Virus record (IMG/VR): IMGVR_UViG_2531839531_000012
Direction: 5' to 3' (one strand)
DNA: 31,354 bases
Origin: a virus
Taxonomy: Duplodnaviria; Heunggongvirae; Uroviricota; Caudoviricetes
Shown here: in pieces, positions 18,393-27,252 of the stretch
Layout: each line of letters starts with the position of its first letter
Position numbering within the stretch: the first letter of the stretch is position 1
Made by a program: the position numbers and the translations under genes
Notes under the pieces: generated by a model
What the model was told of the DNA's origin: nothing
Database searches by the model: none
Seen by the model: only the letters and a program-made list of their open reading frames with translations

Positions 18393-18802
18393 AAATCCTG
18401 ATTACACTTCTGGTGCTGACTGTGCTCGGGATGTTGTGGTTGCGCCATGAGAACGGCAATTTATCCCGCTCCTTTGAGACAGCAAACCGCGTCGCGAGCG
18501 AACAAAAGACGACGATTGGCATGCTGAAAAATCAGCTCAGTGTTGCCGGTCAGCTTGCCAGACGTAATGAATCTGCGCAGGTGGCACTGCGTGAACAGCT
18601 CGCAAAGGCCAGCGAGGAAGCCAGCCGCCGCGAGCAATCAATAACGAGGTTACTTAATGAAAATGAAGCCTTTCGCCGCTGGTATAACGCTGCTTTACCT
18701 GATGTTGTGCGTCGGTTGCACATCCGCACCGCCTGCGCCAGCGCCGGTGATTGTGGTCAACGGATGCCCGAGAGTGAGCCTTTGCCCGATGCCGGGAAGT
18801 GA
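18389..18802 (+). CDS. lysB: LysB, Rz-like inner-membrane spanin
   Basis: MKILITLLVLTVLGMLWL N-terminal transmembrane segment. Start overlaps the K stop (ATGA). Confidence 0.75.
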   Translation: MKILITLLVLTVLGMLWLRHENGNLSRSFETANRVASEQKTTIGMLKNQLSVAGQLARRNESAQVALREQLAKASEEASRREQSITRLLNENEAFRRWYNAALPDVVRRLHIRTACASAGDCGQRMPESEPLPDAGK

Positions 18803-18947
18803 CCCGAAAACCAATGGTGACCTGAGCGCAGATATCCGCCGCCTTGAGGGTGCGCTGATCGCCTGCGCGCTACAGGTCAAAACCGTCAAACACTGTCAGG
18901 ATGAACTCGATGCAGAAGCACAAAAGCCTGCGCAAAGCGCTGATTAA
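18657..18947 (+). CDS. lysC: LysC, Rz1-like outer-membrane lipoprotein spanin, embedded in and extending beyond lysB
   Basis: +1 frame inside lysB. Lipobox LCVGC. Proline-rich mature region. Confidence 0.7.
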   Translation: MKMKPFAAGITLLYLMLCVGCTSAPPAPAPVIVVNGCPRVSLCPMPGSDPKTNGDLSADIRRLEGALIACALQVKTVKHCQDELDAEAQKPAQSAD

Positions 18948-19377
18948 CGCCGTGCCGCAGCTCCGAAACAACCCCGATATACTGCGCCTTTTTGCCGACA
19001 ACGGCCATACCGATTCCAGACTGGCGAGCTCGCTGTCGTTTGAAAAGGTGTACGTGCTTAACGTGGTGGTGACCGACTTCACCGGTGACCTTGATTTGAT
19101 ATTCGTGCCGGTGCAGGCGTGGCTGCGTGAACATCAGCCGGACATTATGACCACCGACGACGGGCGGGAAAAAGGATTCACCTGGATTATTGATATCAAT
19201 AACGACGATTCGCTCGATATCAGTATCAGCCTGAGGCTCACCGAGCGCACGCTCGTCAAAGAGGTCGACGGCGCGCTGCATGTCAGCTATGCCCCTGAGC
19301 CGCCGCTGCCTGAGCCGGTGACGCGCCCGGTCGAGCTGTACGTTAACGGCGAACTGGTGAGTAAGTGGGATGAGTGA
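18910..19377 (+). CDS. R: Tail completion protein gpR
   Basis: About 155 aa. P2 R-like (…DFTGDLDLIFVPVQAWLREHQPDIM…ELYVNGELVSKWDE). Start chosen at the Met with an AGGA RBS; 18901 is also possible. Confidence 0.8.
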   Translation: MQKHKSLRKALINAVPQLRNNPDILRLFADNGHTDSRLASSLSFEKVYVLNVVVTDFTGDLDLIFVPVQAWLREHQPDIMTTDDGREKGFTWIIDINNDDSLDISISLRLTERTLVKEVDGALHVSYAPEPPLPEPVTRPVELYVNGELVSKWDE

Positions 19378-19819
19378 GTTAACCGCACTGCAGGAACGCC
19401 TTGCCGGTCTGATTGCCAGCCTGTCACCGGCGGCGCGTCGGCAAATGGCGGCTGAGATTGCGAAAAAGCTGCGTACCAGTCAGCAACAGCGTATCAAGCG
19501 CCAGCAGGCACCAGACGGCACCCCGTATGCGGCACGAAAGCGCCAGCCGGTGAGGAGCAAGAAAGGTCGGATTAAACGTGAAATGTTCGCCAAACTGCGC
19601 ACCAGTCGCTTTATGAAAGCCAAAGGCAGCGACAGTGCGGCGGTGGTGGAGTTTACCGGAAAGGTGCAGCGCATGGCGCGGGTGCATCAGTACGGCCTAA
19701 AAGATCGGCCAAACCGAAACCGCCGGGATGTGCAGTACGAGGCGCGCCCGTTGCTCGGTTTCACTTGGAATGATGAGCAGGCAATTGAAGATATTATTAT
19801 CAGCCATTTAAATAAATAA
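19370..19819 (+). CDS. S: Tail completion protein gpS
   Basis: 149 aa. P2 S-like. Confidence 0.8.
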   Translation: MSELTALQERLAGLIASLSPAARRQMAAEIAKKLRTSQQQRIKRQQAPDGTPYAARKRQPVRSKKGRIKREMFAKLRTSRFMKAKGSDSAAVVEFTGKVQRMARVHQYGLKDRPNRNRRDVQYEARPLLGFTWNDEQAIEDIIISHLNK

Positions 19820-19838
19820 TTACTATGTGAGTCATTAC

Positions 19839-19866
19839 AGGAACTGTCAGAGTTGGTGCAGTTCCT
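19839..19866. other. Inverted-repeat hairpin at the boundary of the S-V insertion
   Basis: AGGAACTG-12 nt-CAGTTCCT: 8-bp stem. Lies between the S stop and the stop of the minus-strand cargo gene. Confidence 0.35.
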
Positions 19867-19893
19867 ATATTTAGGTATTAAGTTTGTTTTAGA

Positions 19894-20679
19894 TTATAAA
19901 GTTAAGTTTATCCCCAGCTCTTTTTTTGCAATATCTAATACATATTCGGAATTACTCCAAGAACCATTGGTGTCTCCACAACACTCAGGGCTCAGGCATA
20001 TGGTCAAGCAGGCTATTTTATTCTTATCAATGCCCGCCCTTACTGTTTTAAATAACTCCTTAATGAACGCGTCATCAATAAATTTAAGATAATGTTCACC
20101 TGTGAAGAAGTAGTCAAGATCAATATTGATGATGATTTTTTCATGGTTATCAATGGCGCTATCTAAATTCTCAAGAAGCTCATAAGGCTCAATGTCTCTG
20201 AAGCAATGATTAAAAGGATTCTGCGGGTATGTGCCATCATTGTGTGTTGCTAGATAAATACACTCAATATGGTTTTGAAGTGCATCATCTGAAATAAAAA
20301 AGGATAGATAATTATCCCACCGTATCAGTGGTGTTTTATTACCACCGACTGTTACCTCTAGACTTAAGTAGTCTAGATAGGATTTTAAATTGAACACCCC
20401 CGGAAATTTACTTATATAGGGTTCGTATAGGTTGAGAGTATCATAATGCCTATCAATATGAAATAATGCGATATTTTTATCAGGCTGTAAGTGTTGCATC
20501 CAGCACCATAGTGCGATTCTATGATTGTCACTAATGTATATATTACCATCCTGAGCAAGGAAGTTTAAATTATATGCCAATGATGGGCCTTTTTGGGTTG
20601 GCGGAATTAACAACTTCATAAGAACTCCATATAAAATATGTTTTCCCAGCAATGCTAACGCAAGAGCAATGCTTTTCAT
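19894..20679 (-). CDS. AT-rich cargo gene of unknown function between S and V, on the opposite strand to the late operon; possible metal-dependent hydrolase
   Basis: 261 aa (alternative start at 20619 with GGAG RBS). Motifs FHIDRHYD and INIDLDYFF. Strong compositional contrast with the flanking late genes. Confidence 0.65.
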   Translation of the reverse strand: MKSIALALALLGKHILYGVLMKLLIPPTQKGPSLAYNLNFLAQDGNIYISDNHRIALWCWMQHLQPDKNIALFHIDRHYDTLNLYEPYISKFPGVFNLKSYLDYLSLEVTVGGNKTPLIRWDNYLSFFISDDALQNHIECIYLATHNDGTYPQNPFNHCFRDIEPYELLENLDSAIDNHEKIIINIDLDYFFTGEHYLKFIDDAFIKELFKTVRAGIDKNKIACLTICLSPECCGDTNGSWSNSEYVLDIAKKELGINLTL

Positions 20680-20749
20680 AGCGTTGTGCCATCCCTGAAA
20701 GAAAATATCTGATTAGCAAATATTCCACCCAAAATTCAAAATAGTCCCT

Positions 20750-21391
20750 ATGAACACTCTGAACAGCATACAAGAATTAGCGCGCGCGATTCGCAACCTC
20801 ATCCGCTCAGGTGTGGTGACTGAGGTCGATATCGTGCAGGGGCTGTGCCGCGTACAAAGCGGTGGGATCCAGACTACATGGCTGAACTGGCTGACTACCC
20901 GAGCTGGACGCTCGCGCACATGGTGGGCTCCCTCGGTCGGTGAGCAGGTGCTGCTGCTGGCAATTGGTGGCGAGCTTGATACTGCTTTCGTGCTGCCGGG
21001 GATTTTCTCCGACGATAACCCCGCCCCATCTGCCTCGGCGGATGCATGGCATGTGGTTTTCCCTGATGGTGCGGTCATTGAGTACGAGCCCAAGACCAGC
21101 GCGCTGACGGTCAGCGGCATCAAGACTGCTGATGTGACGGCATCGCGATCCATCACGGCTACCGTGCCGTTGGTACTTGTGAAAGCAGAAACCCGCATAA
21201 CCCTCGATACCCCGGAGGTGGTTTGTACCAACAAGCTGACGACAGCAACGCTTGAGGTACAAAAGGGCGGCAAGATGAAAGGCAACATCGAACATTCCGG
21301 CGGGAAATTAACCTCTAACGGTGTGCAGGTTGATGACCATGACCACGGCAATGTGCAGAGCGGTGGAAGTTGGACTAAGGGGGTTAAATGA
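20750..21391 (+). CDS. V: Baseplate spike/assembly protein gpV
   Basis: 213 aa. P2 V-like. Confidence 0.85.
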   Translation: MNTLNSIQELARAIRNLIRSGVVTEVDIVQGLCRVQSGGIQTTWLNWLTTRAGRSRTWWAPSVGEQVLLLAIGGELDTAFVLPGIFSDDNPAPSASADAWHVVFPDGAVIEYEPKTSALTVSGIKTADVTASRSITATVPLVLVKAETRITLDTPEVVCTNKLTTATLEVQKGGKMKGNIEHSGGKLTSNGVQVDDHDHGNVQSGGSWTKGVK

Positions 21392-21735
21392 CAGCCCGTT
21401 ATCTGGGGATGAACCGCAATACCGGCCTCGGCATCAGTGACACTGAGCATATCAGCCAGAGCATGCGCGACATTCTGCTGACGCCGGTCGGCTCGCGGGT
21501 AATGCGCCGTGAATATGGCTCGCTCCTGTCTGCGCTGATTGATATGCCACAAACCCCGGCGCTCAGGCTGCAAATCATGGTGGCGTGCTATTCCGCGATC
21601 CAGAACTGGGAACCACGTATCAGGCTTACATCCATCAGCTTTGAGCACGGCGACACTGGCGAAATGTATGTCGATATTACCGGGGTGCGTACCGATACCG
21701 GTGCGTCAGTTTCAACCACTGTTTCACTGAGTTAA
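21388..21735 (+). CDS. W: Baseplate wedge protein gpW (gp25-like)
   Basis: 115 aa (the P2 W length). Confidence 0.85.
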   Translation: MTARYLGMNRNTGLGISDTEHISQSMRDILLTPVGSRVMRREYGSLLSALIDMPQTPALRLQIMVACYSAIQNWEPRIRLTSISFEHGDTGEMYVDITGVRTDTGASVSTTVSLS

Positions 21736-21741
21736 ATCACT

Positions 21742-22650
21742 ATGGCAACTGTTGACCTGAGCCTGCTACCTGTTCCCGATGTGGTCGAGGAACTGGACTA
21801 TGAAACTATCCTTGCGGAACGCATTGCGACGCTGATTTCGCTCTATCCAGAAGACCAGCAGGAAGCCGTCGCCCGGACGCTCGCGCTTGAGTCTGAGCCG
21901 GTTGTTAAGCTGCTGCAGGAAAACGCCTACCGTGAGGTTATCTGGCGTCAGCGAGTGAACGAAGCCGCGCAGGCGGTGACGCTGGCCTATTCCGCCGGTA
22001 ACGACCTCGACGTCGTGGCAGGGAATAACAATACCGAACGCCTGACCATCACCCCGGCGGATGACACCACCATTCCGCCGACACCTGCCGTTATGGAATC
22101 CGATACCGACCTGCGTCTGCGCACGCAACAGGCGTTTGAGGGCTTGAGCGTGGCGGGTCCGGTCGGAGCATACGAGTATCACGGTCGCAGTGCCGACGGG
22201 CGTGTCGCTGACGTGTCGGTCGCAAGCCCGTCGCCAGCCTGCGTGACGATTACCGTGCTATCGCGCGAGGGTGACGGCACTGCCAGCCCTGAACTACTGG
22301 CGATTGTTGATAAAGCGCTGAACGCCGAAGATGTGCGCCCGGTGGCTGACCGGGTTACCGTCCAGTCAGCCGAGATTGTGCCGTACCAGATTGACGCGAC
22401 GCTCTACGTTTACCCCGGTCCCGAATCTGAACCCATCAGGCAGGCATCAGAGCAGAAGCTGCAGAGCTACATCAGCGCGCAGCACCGCCTCGGGCGTGAT
22501 ATCCGTCTGTCAGCCATTTATGCGGCGCTGCATGTTGAAGGGGTGCAGCGTGTCGAGCTGGCATCACCGCAGACCGACATAGTGCTGAGTAAGTCGCAGG
22601 CGTCGAACTGCACAGAGTACCAGATAACTATCGGGGGCTCGGATGAGTGA
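21742..22650 (+). CDS. J: Baseplate protein gpJ
   Basis: 302 aa (the P2 J length). Confidence 0.85.
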   Translation: MATVDLSLLPVPDVVEELDYETILAERIATLISLYPEDQQEAVARTLALESEPVVKLLQENAYREVIWRQRVNEAAQAVTLAYSAGNDLDVVAGNNNTERLTITPADDTTIPPTPAVMESDTDLRLRTQQAFEGLSVAGPVGAYEYHGRSADGRVADVSVASPSPACVTITVLSREGDGTASPELLAIVDKALNAEDVRPVADRVTVQSAEIVPYQIDATLYVYPGPESEPIRQASEQKLQSYISAQHRLGRDIRLSAIYAALHVEGVQRVELASPQTDIVLSKSQASNCTEYQITIGGSDE

Positions 22651-23251
22651 CAGATTGTTACCCGTTGGCTCGTCGCCGCTGGAAGTTGCCGCCGCTGCTG
22701 CACTCTCTGAGATTCAGCGCGTGCCGGTACCGTTGCGCACCCTGTGGAACTGGCGTACCTGCCCGGTAAACCTGCTGCCGTATCTGGCGTGGGCGCTGTC
22801 GGTCGACCGGTGGGATGAGAAGTGGCCGGAGGCGACAAAGCGCAGCGTCTGCGCGTCTTCGTTTTTCGTCCATCAGCACAAAGGCACCATCAGCGCATTG
22901 CGTCGGGTGGTTGAGCCGCTCGGCTTCCTGATTGAGGTGCGCGAGTGGTGGCAGCTCGACGAGGAGCCAGGCACATTCCGCCTCGTTGTCGGCGTGCTCG
23001 ACAGCGGCATCACTGACGAAATGTATCATGAGCTTGAGCGCCTGATTGAAGACGCCAAACCGGCAAGCCGCCACCTGACCGGGCTGGCTATCAGCCTGAG
23101 TGCAACCGGCGAGCTGTATGTCGGCGCTGGATGTTACGACGGCGACGCGCTGACCGTTTACCCCTACACCCCCGAGGAAATTGTCGTCGGCGGTGAATAT
23201 TACCCGGCCTCGGCCATCCATTTGATTGATAACCTGAGAGTGAACGCATGA
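22643..23251 (+). CDS. I: Baseplate/tail formation protein gpI
   Basis: 202 aa. Synteny between J and H. Confidence 0.75.
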   Translation: MSDRLLPVGSSPLEVAAAAALSEIQRVPVPLRTLWNWRTCPVNLLPYLAWALSVDRWDEKWPEATKRSVCASSFFVHQHKGTISALRRVVEPLGFLIEVREWWQLDEEPGTFRLVVGVLDSGITDEMYHELERLIEDAKPASRHLTGLAISLSATGELYVGAGCYDGDALTVYPYTPEEIVVGGEYYPASAIHLIDNLRVNA

Positions 23252-24261
23252 CCGCAAAATATTTTGCCATTCTGACCAATCAGGGCGCGGCGCGGCTGGC
23301 GAACGCGGCGGCACTCGGCACCAAACTCAACCTGACGCAGATGGCCGTCGGTGATGCGAATGGTACGTTGCCGACCCCTGACCCGGCGCAGACGAAGCTC
23401 ATTAACCAGAAGCGCATCGCGTCGCTGAACCTGCTGACCGTTGACCCGACCAATACCAGCCAGATTATCGCGGAACAGATTATTCCCGAGAATGAAGGTG
23501 GTTTCTGGATCCGCGAGATTGGTCTCTATGACGACGACGGCATCCTGATTGCCGTGGCGAACTGCCCGGAGACCTACAAGCCGCAACTGCAGGAGGGAAG
23601 CGGTCGCACGCAGACCATTCGCATGATTCTGATTGTGTCGAGCACGTCGGCCATCACCCTGAAAATCGACCCGTCGGTCGTGCTGGCAACGCGCCAGTAT
23701 GTCGACGATAAGGTTATTGAGGTGAAAGCCTATGCCGATAGTCTGCTGGCCGCACACCTCGCCGCCGCTGACCCGCACGCGCAGTACCTCAAAACGGCGG
23801 ATATTGATAAATACATTCCGGTCGGTTTCCCGCTGCCGTGGCCGCAGGCAACACCGCCGAGCGGCTGGCTGAAATGCAATGGCGCGGCTTTTGACAAGGC
23901 GAAATATCCAAAGCTGGCCATCGCTTATCCGTCCGGTAGTCTGCCTGATTTGCGTGGTGAGTTTCTGCGCGGGTGGGACGACGGGCGCGGTGTGGATTCA
24001 GGGCGTAGCCTGTTGTCTGCTCAGTCAGACTCTATCCAGAATATCGTCGGTTCATTTGGCCGTACTCAGCTTTTCAAAGATACCGTCTATACGGGGCCAT
24101 TCCGTCAGGATGGAATGATTTTATCCTTAGGCTTAACACCATCCACTGAGGGTGGTTATGGTGCTGCAAACTGGACGTTTGATGCTTCACGCGCGGTGCG
24201 AACAGCGACCGAAACCCGTGCGAGGAACATTGCATTTAACTACATCGTGAGGGCGGCATAA
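23248..24261 (+). CDS. H: Tail fiber protein (gpH-like N-terminus, collar-type C-terminal domain)
   Basis: 337 aa. N-terminus MTAKYFAILTNQGAARLANA is P2 H-like. Shorter than P2 H (669 aa). Confidence 0.8.
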   Translation: MTAKYFAILTNQGAARLANAAALGTKLNLTQMAVGDANGTLPTPDPAQTKLINQKRIASLNLLTVDPTNTSQIIAEQIIPENEGGFWIREIGLYDDDGILIAVANCPETYKPQLQEGSGRTQTIRMILIVSSTSAITLKIDPSVVLATRQYVDDKVIEVKAYADSLLAAHLAAADPHAQYLKTADIDKYIPVGFPLPWPQATPPSGWLKCNGAAFDKAKYPKLAIAYPSGSLPDLRGEFLRGWDDGRGVDSGRSLLSAQSDSIQNIVGSFGRTQLFKDTVYTGPFRQDGMILSLGLTPSTEGGYGAANWTFDASRAVRTATETRARNIAFNYIVRAA

Positions 24262-24857
24262 TGGCGAAAGCGACACTGAACAAAAACGGCATTGCCACAA
24301 AGGCCGGTGAGATTACCGTTTATAATTTTGACCTCATCACTCGTGAATATCTGGCGGAATCGGTCGAGTTTCTGGCTGTTGGGGTGGGGATTCCTGCTAA
24401 TTCCTGCACTGATGCGCCGGTCGAAGGAAAAGACGGCTTTGCCGTGTGCCGTAAGGCCAGCCTTGATGGTTGGGAGTATGTCGCAGACCACCGGGGCGAT
24501 ACGGTTTATGACACGCAAACTGGTCAGACTGTCGAAATTACCTCGCCGGGAGAGTATGCCGATAACGTGACCACGATTGCACCATCAACCCCATATGACC
24601 GCTGGAACGGTAGCGCATGGGTGACGGATGAGGATGCACAGAAAAGCGGTCAGGTTATGGAGGCGCAACAGAAAAAAGCCGTATTGCTGGCGGAAGCCCA
24701 AAGCACAATCAGCCTGTGGCAGACTGAGCTGCAGCTCGGCATCATCAGCGACGATGACAAGGCCAGCCTGATTACGTGGATGAAATACATTCAGGCGCTG
24801 AACGCGGTCGACACTTCCACGGCACCGGATACCGAGTGGCCGGTTAAACCGGAGTAA
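24261..24857 (+). CDS. G: Tail fiber assembly chaperone gpG
   Basis: 198 aa, directly downstream of the fiber gene. Confidence 0.8.
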   Translation: MAKATLNKNGIATKAGEITVYNFDLITREYLAESVEFLAVGVGIPANSCTDAPVEGKDGFAVCRKASLDGWEYVADHRGDTVYDTQTGQTVEITSPGEYADNVTTIAPSTPYDRWNGSAWVTDEDAQKSGQVMEAQQKKAVLLAEAQSTISLWQTELQLGIISDDDKASLITWMKYIQALNAVDTSTAPDTEWPVKPE

Positions 24858-24864
24858 CGCAGGG

Positions 24865-24886
24865 CGGGCTGATGCCCGTCTTTTTT
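24865..24886 (+). terminator. Rho-independent terminator after the tail fiber operon
   Basis: CGGGC-tgat-GCCCG followed by TCTTTTTT. Confidence 0.65.
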
Positions 24887-24988
24887 ATGATTTGTTTATG
24901 TGCCATCAGCCACCCATCGCCGACAAATAGCCCATCACCAGACCAGCCAGGACAATAACACTCGCCCACTAACCACGGAGTTAACCGG

Positions 24989-26167
24989 ATGAGTGATTTT
25001 CACCACGGCACGCAGGTCATCGAAATCAATGACGGTACGCGTGTTATTTCTACGGTCGCGACTGCAATTGTCGGCATGGTCTGCACGGCCAGCGATGCGG
25101 ATGCCGCGACATTCCCTCTCAACGAGCCGGTACTGATTACCAATGTGCAGAGCGCCATTGCGAAAGCCGGTAAAAAAGGCACGCTGTCTGCCTCCCTGCA
25201 GGCCATCGCCGACCAGTCAAAGCCCGTCACCGTTGTCGTGCGTGTTGCCGAAGGTACCGGAGAAGACGCGGAAGCGCAGACCATTTCAAATATCATCGGC
25301 GGCACGGATGAGAACGGTAAATACACCGGTATCAAGGCGCTGTTGACTGCCGAAGCGGTCACCGGCGTTAAGCCGCGCATTCTCGGCGTGCCGGGGCTCG
25401 ATACCAAAGAGGTCGCAGTCGCACTTGCGTCGGTCTGTATCAGCCTGCGCGCCTTTGGTTATGTCAGCGCATGGGGTTGTAAAACCATTTCCGAGGCGAT
25501 GGCCTATCGCGAGAATTTCAGCCAGCGCGAGCTGATGGTCATCTGGCCTGATTTCCTTGCATGGGATACCACCACAAACGCCACCGCACCGGCATACGCA
25601 ACTGCGCGCGCACTCGGCCTGCGTGCCTATATCGACCAGACCGTCGGCTGGCACAAAACCCTGTCTAACGTCGGCGTGCAGGGTGTTACCGGCATCAGTG
25701 CGTCAGTGTTTTGGGATTTGCAGGCATCCGGCACCGATGCTGATCTGCTCAACGAGGCCGGGGTCACGACACTGGTGCGTAAGGATGGCTTCCGCTTTTG
25801 GGGTAACCGCACCTGCTCTGATGACCCGCTTTTCCTGTTTGAGAACTACACCCGCACCGCGCAGGTGCTGGCCGACACGATGGCCGAGGCGCACATGTGG
25901 GCGGTCGATAAGCCCATCACCGCATCACTTATCCGTGACATTGTCGACGGCATTAACGCCAAATTCCGCGAGCTGAAATCAAACGGCTACATCGTGGACG
26001 GTGAATGCTGGTTCGACGAGGAATCGAACGATAAGGAAACCCTCAAGGCCGGGAAACTGTATATCGACTACGACTATACACCGGTTCCACCACTGGAAAG
26101 CCTAACCCTGCGCCAGCGTATCACCGATAAATATCTGGTGGATCTGGCCGAATCGGTCAACAGCTAA
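24989..26167 (+). CDS. FI: Tail sheath protein gpFI
   Basis: 392 aa. P2 FI-like. Confidence 0.85.
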   Translation: MSDFHHGTQVIEINDGTRVISTVATAIVGMVCTASDADAATFPLNEPVLITNVQSAIAKAGKKGTLSASLQAIADQSKPVTVVVRVAEGTGEDAEAQTISNIIGGTDENGKYTGIKALLTAEAVTGVKPRILGVPGLDTKEVAVALASVCISLRAFGYVSAWGCKTISEAMAYRENFSQRELMVIWPDFLAWDTTTNATAPAYATARALGLRAYIDQTVGWHKTLSNVGVQGVTGISASVFWDLQASGTDADLLNEAGVTTLVRKDGFRFWGNRTCSDDPLFLFENYTRTAQVLADTMAEAHMWAVDKPITASLIRDIVDGINAKFRELKSNGYIVDGECWFDEESNDKETLKAGKLYIDYDYTPVPPLESLTLRQRITDKYLVDLAESVNS

Positions 26168-26182
26168 GGAGCCTGAAACAAC

Positions 26183-26701
26183 ATGGCACTACCCCGCAAA
26201 CTTAAATATCTGAACATGTTCAATGATGGCCTTAGCTACATGGGCGTTGTGGAATCCGTGACGCTGCCGAAGCTGACCCGCAAGCTCGAAAACTATCGCG
26301 GCGGCGGCATGAATGGCGCGGCGGCGATTGACCTTGGTCTCGACGATGATGCGCTCACCGTCGAATGGTCTGTCGGTGGCCTGCCTGATGTGGCGCTGTG
26401 GGCGCAGTACGCCGCGCCGGGTGCTGACGCTGTGCCGTTGCGTTTTGCTGGCTCTTACCAACGTGACGACACTGGCGAAATCGTGGCGGTCGAGGTGGTC
26501 ATGCGTGGCCGTCATAAAGAAATCGACGGCGGCGAGAATAAGCAGGGTGAAAACACCTCGACCAAACTGTCGACCGTATGCACCTATTACCGCCTCACGA
26601 TTGATGGTAGCGACGTCATCGAAATCGACACCGTCAACATGGTTGAGAAGGTGAACGGCGTCGACCGTCTGGAACAGCACCGCCGCGCAATCGGGCTGTA
26701 A
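26183..26701 (+). CDS. FII: Tail tube protein gpFII
   Basis: 172 aa. P2 FII-like. Confidence 0.85.
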   Translation: MALPRKLKYLNMFNDGLSYMGVVESVTLPKLTRKLENYRGGGMNGAAAIDLGLDDDALTVEWSVGGLPDVALWAQYAAPGADAVPLRFAGSYQRDDTGEIVAVEVVMRGRHKEIDGGENKQGENTSTKLSTVCTYYRLTIDGSDVIEIDTVNMVEKVNGVDRLEQHRRAIGL

Positions 26702-26708
26702 TTCCCTG

Positions 26709-26731
26709 ACCGGTCAGCACTGCTGGCCGGT
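26709..26731 (+). terminator. Candidate attenuator/terminator hairpin between FII and E
   Basis: ACCGGTCAGCA-c-TGCTGGCCGGT: about 10 bp stem with one G-U pair, followed by TATT. Confidence 0.4.
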
Positions 26732-26764
26732 TATTAATCCCCATTCAGAACAGAGAAAAACATC

Positions 26765-27100
26765 ATGGCAAAAGCACCACGTAAAACCGCTGAATTTGTT
26801 GATATGGCTGGCAATGAAATTGACACCGTAAACCCGAACGTCGTGACCCTCGACAAGCCGATTAAGCGCGCCGGTCAGGCGATTGATAAAGTCACACTGA
26901 TTGAGCCGAACGCCGGTACCCTGCGCGGTGTCAGTCTGGCAGCGGTGGCGCAGTCCGAAGTCGATGCGCTGATTAAGGTATTGCCACGCATGACCTACCC
27001 CGCGCTTACGGCGCAGGAGCTTACCGCAATGAACCTGCCCGATATGCTGTCGCTGGCCGCTAAGGTGATTGGTTTTTTGTCACCGGCTTCGGCGGAGTAG
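26765..27100 (+). CDS. E: Tail assembly chaperone gpE
   Basis: 111 aa, immediately upstream of the tape measure gene. Confidence 0.8.
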   Translation: MAKAPRKTAEFVDMAGNEIDTVNPNVVTLDKPIKRAGQAIDKVTLIEPNAGTLRGVSLAAVAQSEVDALIKVLPRMTYPALTAQELTAMNLPDMLSLAAKVIGFLSPASAE

Positions 27101-27252
27101 ATTTCCCGCCCGACCTGTCGACCGATGACCTGATGGCGGATATCGCGGTGATATTCCACTGGCCGCTATCAGATCTCTATTCCCTGAGCCTGACCGAGCT
27201 CATCACATGGCGCGAAAAGGCGCTGCAGCGTAGCGGACACCACAATGAGTAA
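26765..27252 (+). CDS. Tail assembly chaperone E+E' (-1 frameshift fusion product)
   Basis: E frame to the slippery site, then -1 frame (VTGFGGVDFPPDLSTDDLMADIAVIFHWPLSDLYSLSLTELITWREKALQRSGHHNE). Same arrangement as lambda G/GT and P2 E/E'. Confidence 0.65.
27073..27079 (+). promoter_or_regulatory. T TTT TTG slippery heptamer for the programmed -1 frameshift producing E+E'
   Basis: The heptamer is in the 0 frame of E, 7 codons before its stop. The -1 frame stays open to 27252 and overlaps the T start. Confidence 0.7.

Noticed and set aside
20713-21648. 311-aa minus-strand ORF antisense to V and W
   Set aside because: Overlaps the baseplate genes V and W. No RBS; low-complexity Ser/Thr/Ala-rich translation.
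24887-24988. Possible accessory insertion at the G-FI junction (the Z/fun slot of P2)
   Set aside because: Only about 130 bp of non-coding sequence lie between the terminator after G and the FI start, so this slot is empty here.
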